A stretch of 63,168 nucleotides of DNA, the filler included. It is 15 parts of 15 records of this genome, joined end to end, with 100 filler letters (N's around TTAATTAATTAA, not from the genome) between each part and the next. Parts side by side here need not be neighbours in the genome. Positions count along the whole stretch, not along the records: positions 24,881 to 29,004 come from SRR15195285_10649; positions 29,105 to 32,589 come from SRR15195285_10652; positions 32,690 to 35,946 come from SRR15195285_10656; positions 36,047 to 40,091 come from SRR15195285_10657; positions 40,192 to 43,357 come from SRR15195285_10674; 10 more parts are not named here. One strand, given 5' to 3'. This document shows, in pieces, positions 28,864 through 40,818 of the stretch. Numbering within the stretch: the stretch's first letter is position 1; each line of letters starts with the position of its first letter. The notes beneath the pieces were generated by a model, which worked only from the letters and a program-made list of their open reading frames with translations, did no database searches and had not been told where the DNA came from. The position numbers were made by a program, and so were the translations under genes.

Positions 28864-29004
28864 TCAGTCAGAGGCTCCCAAGCGCTCGAGGGCATTGAGC
28901 ATTTTGGCGAAGTTGGAGTCCATCTTTGCTTCGAGCCCATCCATCTTGGCTTCGAGCCCGCAAATTTTGTCATTCATCTCGGCTTGAGCGTCGCCTAACG
29001 TGGT
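28864..29004 (-). CDS. 3' end of a gene with a C-terminal coiled coil
   Basis: TLGDAQAEMNDKICGLEAKMDGLEAKMDSNFAKMLNALERLGASD*, with a heptad repeat visible in the DNA. Confidence 0.55.
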   Translation of the reverse strand, partial: TTLGDAQAEMNDKICGLEAKMDGLEAKMDSNFAKMLNALERLGASD

Positions 29005-29327
29005 NNNNNNNNNNNNNNNNNNNNNNNNNNNNNNNNNNNNNNNNNNNNTTAATTAATTAANNNNNNNNNNNNNNNNNNNNNNNNNNNNNNNNNNNNNNNN
29101 NNNNTGAGATATCAACAGGGCTCCGAGTACCATAGCCGGCCGGCCGGCGGCAGTGGCGGGGGGCGCGTGCGGGCGTGCATAACGGCGCAGCCTCCCTCCG
29201 CAGAGGCGTGTGTGGCGACGGAGGGCGCTCCTTGGGCCGCGTATCGGCACTGGACTGTCGTGTGCACGGCACTACTACCACAGCGCATTTCTCAGTGAGA
29301 TCTCCGTACCCCGAGCACGAACGAGCT

Positions 29328-30950
29328 ATGATGCGGAGCCGGCTGGCGGCGGCGGCGCTCGCTTCGGTGTCGCTGCTGCTGCTACAGCGCGGTGCCGACG
29401 CGCACGGGACGCTGACAGTGCCGATGTCGCGAGCGCTTCAGTACGCGAGCAATAGTACCCGCGCTCAGGCTGAGGCCCTCTCTGGCAACTGTGAGCGTGG
29501 CGCCTGCGAGTGGTACCAGCAGGACACAGTGATCCCCGGCGAGACCACGAACTGCGATCTGATGTACCGTACGATGGGCGTGGCGTGCGGAAGCAAGAGC
29601 CCCATTGACTACCCGTGCACGCCTGGCAGCGCTGTGCCGTGGTGCGCCCCTGGCTCTGCCCCGGTGACCTCACCGTGCGGCGTGTTCGCGGGAGGTGGCC
29701 CACTGCTACCGGACGGGCGCGACATGCGAGACCTCGACAGATCACCAACCGAGGTGTGGGCTCCAGGCAGCACGCAGCGCGTCGGATGGTCGATGATCGC
29801 CAATCATGGGGGTGGCTACAGTTTCCGCCTCTGCAGCAAGACGCGACCACAGACCGAGGAGTGCTTCGCGGCTGGCTCCCTCAAGTTTGCCGGGGCGAGC
29901 ACTTTCATCCTCAACGCCAGCGGTGCGGTCGTTGCCACGATCCCTGCTGTGCGCCTTGACAAGGGTACCCACCCCCCGGGCAGTGAGTGGACGCGCAACC
30001 CGATCCCGCTTGAGATCGGCATGATCCCCAGCATTCCGGGGCTGCCGCAGCTCGCCGGGCGAGGCCCGTTTCCGTTCTCGGTGGTTGATGAGGTGCTCGT
30101 CCCGAGCTCGCTACCGGAAGGGGACTACGCGATTTCGTGGAGATGGGATGCGGAGTGCGTACCGTCCGGTCTAGCAGCAAGTCTTGCCAACAGATGTGCC
30201 TAACCATTTGTGCAATCGTACCGCAGACAGACAAAGCAGGTGTGGTCCCAGTGTGGTGACGTTCGCATCGGCCGGGACCCGCCAGCACAAGCCGCGGACA
30301 AAGAGAAGTCTGCTACTGCTGCTGCTGCGGTGCGACCACTATGCATCGGTGACTCTCTGGGTCTCTCAATGTCCGACTGCACAGCTTGGGTAGACATCTA
30401 CGACGCACTCAACGGAACCCACTGGCTCGGGGGCACGCCAGCCGCTCGACTCGACCCGTGCGGTGCCACGTGGACTGACTGGACCAAGAGCATTGTTTGC
30501 ACCCAGACACGTGACATGAAGCACATCTCTGAGATCTACCTCATGGGCCAGCTGGTGCCTGGTACGGCAGAACAAATCGATGTCACAGGTCTTCTGCCGG
30601 CCTCGATCAGCCAGCTGCAGCACCTCGTCGCGCTGTCGATTGTCAACTCCGGCCTTGTCGGCCATCTACCAGCCTCCCTCGGTGACATAAGTTCTTTGAA
30701 GATGATCTGGCTTGATCACAATGCGCAGCTTGGTGGCGCAATTCCGATCACGTTTGCGCATCTCAACCTCACAGTCCTGGAGATTCATTATTCGAACTTT
30801 AGCGGTATACTCCCTCCGCTGAACTATGCTGCGATTCCCGACTGCACGATGTACAACGAGAACTGGTCCGGCGCTGGGCCACCAGGTAGCCCGACATTCG
30901 CGTGCCCGCTGCCGCACGGAGCTGATACATGCGGTGCAGTTTGTGTGTAA
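29328..30950 (+). CDS. Secreted LPMO-like (His-brace) protein fused to an LRR domain, 2 exons, ~516 aa
   Basis: Signal peptide ending ADA, then His1 (HGTLTVP). Motifs ANHGGGYSFRLC, TEECF, WTRNPIP, VDEVLVP and GDYAISWRWDAE|QTKQVWSQCGD (intron 30155-30226). Plant-receptor-type LRRs at the C-terminus (LPASISQLQHLVALSIVNSGLVGHLPASLG). Confidence 0.85.
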
Positions 30951-31081
30951 TGCGCAATGCACAAGCGAGTAGGTGTACGTTGGTTCCTCCTCTAGTGTTC
31001 TTGCGCGTGCATGAGATCGAAGAAAAGAATTTTACACTAGTACGGCCGTAGTGCATACACGCTGAACCGTTTCAGCTCAGC

Positions 31082-32286
31082 TTACCATTGGTTGAACGAG
31101 CGATTAGCCACGAGATTCGAGTCCGACAGCGTGAACGAAACAGACTGGTCATTTGGCTCGAGCCCAGACTGATCTAGCCCTAATCTTGAGCTGCTGCGTG
31201 ATGTGTGTAGCGGTGCAACTATATGATGCAGCAGTCCCGATGGTATCGGTGAGGGCGTGGCGGACACGCCCGTGGCGCTACCAGCATCACGAATGACATT
31301 CCGGAGAAGATTCTGCCGTCGAGCGATTTTGTCCTCCACGAACTGCTTCTTCAGCAGCGCTCGCTTGGCAGTCGCCGCCGCCGCGGAGGCTTCGCGCTGC
31401 TCCTTGAGATCAAGATTTTTTCGCCGCAGGAGCTCACCAACTCCACCCAACGCTGTCTCCACCTGACGCTGATTTCTCTCCAGGGTTGCTGCGTAAGATA
31501 GCAGCTCAGGGGGAGACCAGTCGGTGGATGCGCCGTCCGCATCGAATGATGCAGCGATGCTTACATCGAGTGTTAGGTGACGCACATAGTTCTGCTCAGT
31601 CACGTAGAATGCATCACCTAGCGAATTTTCAGCGTGCACCGTTTGGAACCTCTCGCCAGCCACATGAAACGCTGCCACTACGTGCCGCCCATCAAGAGAC
31701 GGGCATCTGACGACAACGACGGCGACCTTTCCCAATCCAGCCCGGCGGCGACAGTCGTCGCAGAGCCGGATGAATCCACGACGGTCGGGCAGAGACGGTG
31801 AATACCTAACGCGGAGCTGATGCAGCCCACATCTACCGGTGTCGTCACACAGTAGTACGGGTTTCCGGTTCAGCCTCCGGATCACCTCTTCTGGTTCCAC
31901 TGTGCCGCCGCCGTGCGCCTCTAGCTGCTCGCTCGTGAACCTCGGGACCTGCTGTTTCGGCTTCAGCTCACCAAGTTGCTCACCCACGAACCTCGGAATC
32001 TCCGGCTTGAGCTCACGGACGATCGCCTGCCTGTAGCTCGCGTCGAGCATGAGGCCGAAGCGTGACTCGAGCTGCGCGCCCACGACGAGAGCGGTCGCGC
32101 AGTGCACCCCCGTCCGTAGCAGCAGCTTATTCGAGCTGTCTGCACCGTCGAGTGCCGACGCGGCTGCTTGCCGGAGCAGCTCTCGCTCCGTCAAGCTAAC
32201 TTCGATCATCAGCGCGTCACTCTTCTGCTTTCGCTGCCTGTCAGCCACCGCACCCACACGCTGCTGCTGATGCCCGCCGGCCATCC
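31082..32286 (-). CDS. Hypothetical protein with a C-terminal coiled coil
   Basis: Uninterrupted ORF of ~400 codons with natural composition. No family recognised; start uncertain. Confidence 0.55.
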
Positions 32287-32689
32287 ACGCTCCGCTAGCA
32301 GAGGCGCTCAGGCGCCTCATCGATATGTTCCCCCCCCCCCCCCATGGAGATACAGGCAGAGGTATATACAAGATCCCAGGTCACATGCACATGCGTATGT
32401 CTATGTGCATCACGCCATCATTGAGGCGATCCGCGGGTCCGTCAGCACCGGGCCCGAGCACCGCGGCGCGCGACGCACGGACGACGACGACCGACCCCGG
32501 CGCGGCCGTTAAACCGACAGGCACGCGCGACGGTCGGTGGCTGACCCCCTCAGTACGAAGTACCCAGGTTGACTATGAGATCAAATTGANNNNNNNNNNN
32601 NNNNNNNNNNNNNNNNNNNNNNNNNNNNNNNNNTTAATTAATTAANNNNNNNNNNNNNNNNNNNNNNNNNNNNNNNNNNNNNNNNNNNN

Positions 32690-32999
32690 TGCTGCTTCTG
32701 CTGCTTCTGCTGCTTCTGCAGTGGTTGTGCGAAGCGATTGGATCCTGGGCGACGACAGAAAGTTTCGACAACAAAAAAAGCAGTCGAAGAAGGGCAAGAG
32801 TGTCGGTAAGCGGAAGACAGGCAGCGAGCATTTGCAAAGCGCGCAGAATCTGAATGGCCTGGAAGAGAGCAACCAGCTCAAGTCGGATCTGAAACTTTTA
32901 GGTCTTTCGACCAAAGGCAGCAAGGCAGAGCTGCGAGCGAGGCTTGCTGTGGCACAGCGCGATATGAGACACCAGCCAAGGTCTTCCGTGACAATGTGA
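32690..32999 (+). CDS. 3' end of a SAP-domain protein
   Basis: QLKSDLKLLGLSTKGSKAELRARL matches the SAP motif and follows a Lys-rich NLS-like stretch. Confidence 0.7.
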
Positions 33000-33116
33000 T
33001 GCGCTGGTGATCGCAGATACAAATCGGGATTTCAACTTTTGGATTCAAATGCAATCCTAGTTCTGCATTCGACGCTTCTCCTGCAATCACGTGCACGCCC
33101 TTCCCTCCCGTTCCAT

Positions 33117-35788
33117 TCAGATGTTGAAGCCATTTATGACGCTGGTGCTGATGTACCTCTGCCCAGTTTGCCTACTCCTGCGCGATAGCCGTTCTAATGG
33201 CTTTGGTGGGCCCATTTCGGTCGCGAAACCAGCGATTAAGAACTCAAATTGCTCAAGGCTGAGGCCTTCTGAGTGCGATCCAGAGGTTTCATCAGATACC
33301 TCTGCCTGCGCCTCCTGTTTAAGCTCTTCTAGCTCTGCTGCTTCCAGACCCAGTTCCGGGTACGCACCATTCAATGCCGCGCCAAGCTCAGTCGGGCTGC
33401 TCAGCCTACCATCCAGGTCCACGTCATATCGCTCAAAGTACTCAGTCACCAGCAGTGCCATAGTGTCATCTGTTGCTCGCTCTTCCTGTCGCTGGTGTTC
33501 CAACTCGTCCTCGTCTCTGTTTGGGAGTGGCGGTGTTCCATTCGTTCGGCTGGCGCCTGAACTACGACTGCGGCTTCGCCGTGGTGGTGGGGTGGACAGA
33601 AGTGCAGCACGCGCATTTTCTGGAACTTTGGGTGGTTGCTTCACTGACGCGAAGGGCCTTTGCACTGTCGACGAACAGTGTCCCTCAGCTCCTAGTCTTG
33701 AGGGGGTAGCGCCACTTGTTTGCAAACTTCGCTCCGCAAGCAGGCGTGCACGCAATGCTGCTGCCTCTGCTCTCGCGACCGCGTCCTCATCGTCTTCTTC
33801 CGTGCTACCAGTGGATATTACGGTGCCAGTATGGCTACTGTCCCTCGCTCGTCCGCTCAACCGCCCCCAACGCCGGGCACCACCCTTGCCCTTGCGAACT
33901 GTACTGGCTCCTTCGCTGACTTCTTCGTTTTTTTCTGCATCTGTATCTGGTTGACTGTCATGAATTGTTGCGCTCTCGCTCGACTCACGTGCTCGAAGAG
34001 ATGCCGCATATTCTTGCATTGGCGAGAGCGTGCGGGGCAGGTTCGGCTGACCGCGTTGCACCACGGCAGTGTCAGCATCCTGTCGACGTCGCGGTGAAAT
34101 TGGTGATTGCGACATTTCAGCCTGCGGATGAGGATATTCGTCTTCACGCTGCACATTCAAATCATCGCTGGAGTCGTCTTGGCCTCGGATAGGTGTGACC
34201 AGGCTGCTCCGACTAGTACGTAATTCCCGCGGTGGTGATGAAAACAGCTCTACATCCTCATCCTCACTTGCTTCCTCCCCGTGATCATGTACTGGCACAC
34301 TGTCTGCTCGTTGGCCCTCGCGTTCCGTCCATTTCGAGCTGTCTGTCGGTAAGTGGCGAGGAGACTTGGCATACTGCCACAGTTCGTCAAAAGGAAGCCC
34401 TTGCAAACCTTTGACATCGAACATGATGTCAGATTCGTGAAACCTGGTCCTAATCGATTGGATTGCTGCCGCATTAAGCCCACGTAATCGGAGCCACTCT
34501 TCGGCCTGTTCAGCTGCAGAGTCCTCCCGCTCCTGCACCTTCAGCTCACGGTGCCGATCACCATCGTCCTCGTCACTGCAACCTGTATCCGTTGCGTCCT
34601 CTTGGTCCTCTTCCTCTTGCACTTGTAACATAGACGGTCTATCACCACTGCGAGCAGAGCGCGCGGGTGTGCCAAAAGCTGGCGTCGATGGCGACGCTGC
34701 GTTATCAACCTCAATGCTGAGTGACGGCATCCCACGCAATCCTTGTCCACGAAGTCCTCTTCTTCCGCTGCTACTGCTGTCGCTGGCTGATCCGCTCCTC
34801 AATTGACTCAGTGGCCGGATCGGTGTAGCCATCGTCATCGACATAGATCCCGAATCGACGTGTCGGCTAGCTCCGCCCCGGCCTCGTGGTGTGCTTGCCG
34901 ACTTTGCTCTGTCCGAGCGCTCCTCCGACACTGACGGCGCGTCATCGTCTTCACTGGACGAGGTTAAACACACATCTTCCAGTTCCGTTCGGGATATATT
35001 GCTGACATCAGCCAGGCTATTGTGTTGCTGAGGAATTTCCCATCCCTCAGCCACTGCGTCGTACTCAACCAGCCGAAGTCTCATCTCTTCTTCACTACCT
35101 TCCTCGCTGAGCCAAGACTGGGAGCACATCTTTCTCAATTGAGCCAGATTCATGTTGGTGTAGCGCGCAACCGAGGCACGATAGGCAGCGACATCCTCGC
35201 TCACATCTGGCGGCTCCTCGTCCCGATCCGTCTCGTGCGACCCGCTGCTGGCCTGCCGCGGTGGACTTCCCAACAGCTCAAGGTCTTCGTGTTCATCTTC
35301 CCGTCCATCGAGCTCTGTTCGAGTCTCATGGGCACTCAGCGTGACATCCCCAGCGGATCGCCGCTGGGCGCTGCGTGCCTTGGCCGATTTTCGCGTGATC
35401 TCCTGATCTGACCCGCGACCTTTGGCTTTGCGCTCGGCCTTGCGCTTCTCTTTTCGCGCTTTGCGTGCACGTCTGCGAACAAGTCGGAAACATCAGCCAC
35501 GGAACGGCGAAATGCGCGCGCGCAGACGTCTGGCCGGACTGCGCACTCCTCTGCGTCACTGATGCTCTCGCTGCTGGTCTTGCTGCTGGACTCGCTGCTG
35601 GACTCGCTGTCGTCGTCATCTCGGCGGCGGCGGCGGCGCCGCCGCCGGCGCCGGCGCCGCCGGTCACGACGATCGCGGCTGCTCGTCCGGCTGGGCTGCT
35701 CATCGCTGCTCGATGACGTGAGCAGCACAGGCGGCGGCGTGTTGCCGCTGTCAGCTGCGCAACACGGCGTGCCCTCGACGTTGCCCAT
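33117..35788 (-). CDS. Disordered protein with N-terminal acylation motif, SAP-like motif and C-terminal EF-hand, 2 exons
   Basis: Start MGNVEGTPCC. Intron 35546-35473 joins ...SDAEE|RARKARK in frame. YTNMNLAQLRKMCSQSWLSEEGSEEEMRLRL is SAP-like; FERYDVDLDGRLSSPTEL is EF-hand-like. Confidence 0.7.
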
Positions 35789-36046
35789 CCACGTCAGTGC
35801 CTACCCACAGCACAGCGGCGGACAGCCTCGCGCTGGCTCATCCCCCGCATGGCTCCTTCGTCCCGCCTCGACGAGCGTTAGCGTGCAGGGCTTGAGGGTT
35901 GAGGTGGGAATTTCTCGAGGATTTGAGGCAGCAGTGCCCAGATTGCNNNNNNNNNNNNNNNNNNNNNNNNNNNNNNNNNNNNNNNNNNNNTTAATTAATT
36001 AANNNNNNNNNNNNNNNNNNNNNNNNNNNNNNNNNNNNNNNNNNNN

Positions 36047-37400
36047 GCGCCAGGCGATCAGCCCTTGGATCGATGATCGCCGGTCTGACTACCGCTACAC
36101 AGAGGGCGTGCTCCGTGTCTCAGGGGACGAGACAGAGGTTAGGCAGCACAGATCACAGCGAGGCCGGTGGGCGATGTTCACCGTGTTTTCACCAATCGGG
36201 ACAGCGAAGCAGCTGTCGCTGTCAGTGGCAGAGTCGTTGGCCTGCAGTGCAGATTCAGATGCCAATGTGTTGAGCGGCTCAAGCTGCAGCTGGTTTTTGC
36301 TGAGTGCCAGTGGGAACGCGAGCGCAATCCAGTCGTGCTTCGGGCATAACACGTGTTATGACGTAGAGATACTCGAGGATGACGCAAAGAGTTACGCCTC
36401 TGCAGTGCTTGTTGTCGCGGGGGAGACAACATACGGTGCAGAACGACCGCAGGCGTTGACTCTCGCCAGGGTGCTGCTAGCAGTCCCCTCGGTTCCACGG
36501 CTACTTGTGACGATTTGCAACACTGAACCACGTCCTGTTACAGGTGCAATTGCCGTCAGCGCACTGGAGCTGGCGGTAGCCAACACCACCGTGCAATACA
36601 GCCTCGCACCACACTCATGCGAAAAGGTCGGAAAGTACTTCAACTTGAGCGGCTCCGACCTCCCTCTGCATCTGCAGCTAAGCGGCGATGGGTCCGCTGG
36701 CATTGTCGATGGCGGACTGAGGCGGCTAGTACCAGTACCCATCGCAGATCCGCACTTCATGCACCGGCGTTTCGCTGATGGAGTCGTTGAGCGCCCTGCA
36801 GATCTCCCCGCTATTCCCAACAGCACTGGCAGTGCCGGGCCGTTTGTAATGGCGCTGCAGGGCGACCTGCAAGGTGCGTCCGCAAGAACCGCTGGCTGCT
36901 GATCAATGCAAACAAGCCATACGTTAGATTACATAAGATACCAATTGGACAGCGCATGCAGCTGACTGAGTCGTGGTTGGATCGTGTGTACGTCAGGGAC
37001 CCGTGACCGCAATGTCTACTGGCCAGGAGGCGCGCCGGGCACGCTTCACATGCGTTTCTTCGCCACAGTCTCCAACAATGGGAGTTTGACAGCACCACTG
37101 GCGCTATCCATCGGGCTCGAGAGCTGGCGCGAAGACATCAACGGGACCTACCAGCCGCAGTTTCCGCGATGCACAGCGACAGCGCCGCTTCAAATCTGGT
37201 CAATGGTGTCCGTGCCTTTGTGGATGGGCGGAGGGCTAAGCGATGTCTCCTGGCTGGTGGCGAGGCTCTCTCTCACCGAGTTTGCTGAGCCAGGCGCTAC
37301 GCGAGCGACAGCAGGCCGGGCGTTCCTGGACAGGCTCGAGGTGACTGCACCGGGCGCTGTACCAGACTGGCAGGTTGGGTTACGTGTGGTACACTGTTAG
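36047..37400 (+). CDS. Hypothetical protein, 5'-truncated, at least 2 exons
   Basis: Open frame from the contig start (RQAISPWIDD...). An intron at ~36874-36997 joins to GTRDRNVYWPGG. Looks beta-rich; family not recognised. Confidence 0.55.
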
Positions 37401-37483
37401 CTGCTCGTAGCTAAGATACGCTGCTGTAAACACAGTGGTCCAGATTAGATAATGAGATCTGAGGATTGTCATTTCATATTCTC

Positions 37484-40092
37484 TCACGCGACCATGACAG
37501 TGGCGCTCACAGCCTTCCCACTGCTCCCTGCGTCACCCTCTACATCACCAGGCTGGTGGCCGCCGACTGAGATCGTGTAGCTTCCAGACACAAGGACGCG
37601 GCTGCCGTCGTCCATCGCGGTGGCGAGCTGCGCTGTATCGACCGGTACCTCGACCACCTGTCCGCCGCAAGCGAGTTGCTCAGCAGAGTCAGACATTTCG
37701 TCGATTGAGTTCCGCGAGTCAAACCGTCGTCAAATTCTGCGTGTGCAATGAGTGGGTTAATGCGTACCTTGCTGCTGCCCTTTGGAATCAGAACCGTCAC
37801 GAAGCCCACCAGGTTCTGCAGCGGCGCGACAATAGGCATCTTCTCCGAAGCCCCCTTTGAGGGAGCAGCGTAGACCTGCACGACCTCACTGCCGTCAGCG
37901 TCGCCAGTATTCTTCACTGTGACAGAAACGGATAGGTTTGAACTCGCAAACGCCACTTTGAGGCTTGAGTACACAAAGGTGGTGTAGCTCAGGCCGTAGC
38001 CCATGTGGTGTTTGACGAAGCTCGCGACAGCTGTGTCGTTCAGGTAGCGATGCGTGCGACCAACCCCTGCTTCCAGATCTAGCCGTAGAATGCTCGTCGC
38101 GCAGTCGCCCACGTAGTGCCGCGCAGCTCCCGCGGCCTCTGTGAAGTTCTTGCAATTCATTTCGTCCGCCCACGCCTGCTTGTAGACGGTGAGCGGGAGA
38201 CGCGCAGACGGGTTCGTATGCCCCCAGATGATATCAGAGAGACCGCTGCCTGCTTCCTCCCCTCCATACGGCTGCCATACCACAGCGTGTGCTAGAGACT
38301 CGTCCACATCGACGCCGCCTGCCGACACGACGACGAGGATGAGCTTCTTTGCCACCTTGGCCACCGCCCCCAACAGCGCGCGCTGTACTGAAGGCAAGGT
38401 CATGTTGACTCTGTCGTTGCCCTCGCCTTCGTGCATGCCCCCCAGGCCGACCGCCAGCACCGTGACCTCCGCCGCCTTGGCACTCTTGACGGCTGCAGCG
38501 ATGGCCGCAACAGCCGCTGGCGAATGAAACTTGCTGCTGGGATCGTGCACGCAGTCCACCTCGCCAGTCGCACCATTAGCCGTTGCCAGGCACGATGCGT
38601 TGCTTCCCAGAGCGTAGGTGACGGTCGTCGCACCCGCCGCCTCCCCAGCCTCAGCAATTCCGCCGTAGATCGAGGTGATGTTACTCGGACTGCCCGCGTA
38701 TGAGTGCAAGTAGCAGTCCCCAGCCGTCGCGCTCAGATGGCGTGGGTCGGGATCCCTGGGATCCCAGCCGGTGCTCTCCCGCCCTGGCCAGCAGGCTGCA
38801 AACGGTCCTACCACAGCGATACTCTTTGGGCCGCCAGTGCCCCGCAGCGGCAGTGCGCCGCCCTCATTCTTGAGCACGACTGTTGATTTTGCCGCCACCT
38901 CCCGTGCCACGGCGCGATGTGCCGCGCTGTCGAGCTGCGACCATGTCGAGTTATCCAGCAGCAAATCTCGGTGTGGATAATCAGCAGAGTGCGTGTCGTA
39001 AAATCCCAAGCGGAAGTGGCTGATCAGAATCCGCTTCGCTGCTGCCTTGAGCGTAGCAGCAGAGATATGCTCGCCGTTTCCATCGACGGCAGCACCGAGC
39101 AGGTCAGCCATCGAAGTGCGGAAGGCGGTCACCCAGTATCCGTAGTAAGTCCCCAGCCCAGCGTTGACTGCGTTGCCGAAGGCTTCCGTGAAGTTGACCT
39201 GCACACGTCGTGGTAGGGATCAGATCAGAGATGCCTGCGGAGTCAGACACGTGCGTACAGACCAGTGGTCATAGGGGACTAGTAGCCGTAGGAGAGAGTG
39301 AGCGTACAATCTGCTGCCCAGTGCGCGGGGAGATTGCGCCAACCATCGTCTGCACTGAGTCACAGCAATCAGTCTGGACAATCGCATCGCTCTGCCATTC
39401 TTCTCGCAGCTGTTTCTGCAGCAGCAGGCTGTTGCCACAACTCGATACACCGTTGAGCTCGCTCATCGCGCACATAATCCCATCAGCTCGGCCTTTGCTC
39501 GGGTGCTGAAATGCGCCTGTTCCCGAGATCGAATTCTGTTTCAGCCATTGCTTTGAGCTGGTGGATCTAGGCAGGATGATAGATTCATAAGCAGCCGTTT
39601 CGTCCTGAATGGGGCTTGATTTGAAAGGCAACAACGGCAGCTACCGTATGTTGGGAAGTAGCTGTCAGCAAGAGAACGATTGCTCGCAACAAAGTTCGAC
39701 GAGCCATGACCCCGTTGGGCTTCAATATCAGGTGACGCTCCATGATATCCAATGTAGTGCCGAGTAACCTGACGAGTCGCGAAGAACACATCACCCTCCA
39801 CGCCACGTGGCACTGGCTGCGGGCCTTGCAGGCCCTGCATGGCAGCCACACCCATGGTCTGAACGTGCATCGGGTCTTCGCCATACGTTTCTGCGATGCG
39901 CCCCCCTGCATCGTTCGCACACGGGCGCAGAGTCAGATAGACGAGTGTAGTGGCAGCCAAGTACTAGTACTATCTCAGAGCGATTCAGCACTCTTGCGTT
40001 TGGCCTGCCAATGTCTTCATTGTACGCACAGCGTGGGTCATGTGCGGTGTTAGCCAGTGGTCCGCCATCGCAAGAGAGGTCCTCGCCCTGGN
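37484..40092 (-). CDS. Glycoside hydrolase family 3 (beta-xylosidase/glucosidase-like) with Fn3-like C-terminus, 5'-truncated, multi-exon
   Basis: HDPR|WGRIAETYGEDP, RHYIGY, IMCAMSELNGV, LREEW...IVQTDCCD (nucleophile Asp), VVLKNEGGALPL, EGEGNDR, YGGEEAG, ARLPLTVY, GYGLSYTTF, VKNTG...GSEVVQVY. Confidence 0.93.
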
Positions 40093-40818
40093 NNNNNNNN
40101 NNNNNNNNNNNNNNNNNNNNNNNNNNNNNNNNNNNTTAATTAATTAANNNNNNNNNNNNNNNNNNNNNNNNNNNNNNNNNNNNNNNNNNNNGTACGAACT
40201 GCAAGGGCACTAGGCTCACAACATTGTACGTAGTATAATGTAAACTCAAACATGTGCAGAAACGAATACGACTTGCTCGCACCGTGCTAAGCCGCGCCGG
40301 CCGGCCGCGCGCCGCCAGCCGCGCATTCACTGAGGTGAGCGCATTCACTAAGGTGAGCAGCTCTGCTCACCCCTGCTCACCTCATCTGAATCATACAGCC
40401 TAATGCCGTATCATCACTAAACAGTCTCAGGTGTGATTCTATACATCAGATTCTACCTGGATTTCAATTCCACCTTGCAACTAACTCAAAACTAGTTGCA
40501 AGGTAAAAGAAAAATTGAGATCAATGTTGGAGAAATACTATCTGCGACTTCGTCGTATGCCCTCTATCAGCGATACATTCTACATGTACGGTATGGCTGT
40601 ACGGTACTATGTAGTTCTTGCGCTCCGGTGGGCGGTGCATCGGCATGCCCAAGCGATCATAGTCAACTATATAATCACAATCGTGTGGCCTTTCTTGCAA
40701 TTCGAAGAAACACGTGTGGAGAGCAACACCTGTCCTCAGTACCGAGCGTGTGTGGTATTTCATGACAGCCACCACGATCGTGAACAAGAAACGCGAGAAA
40801 TTCATTGTTGTGTGCTAG

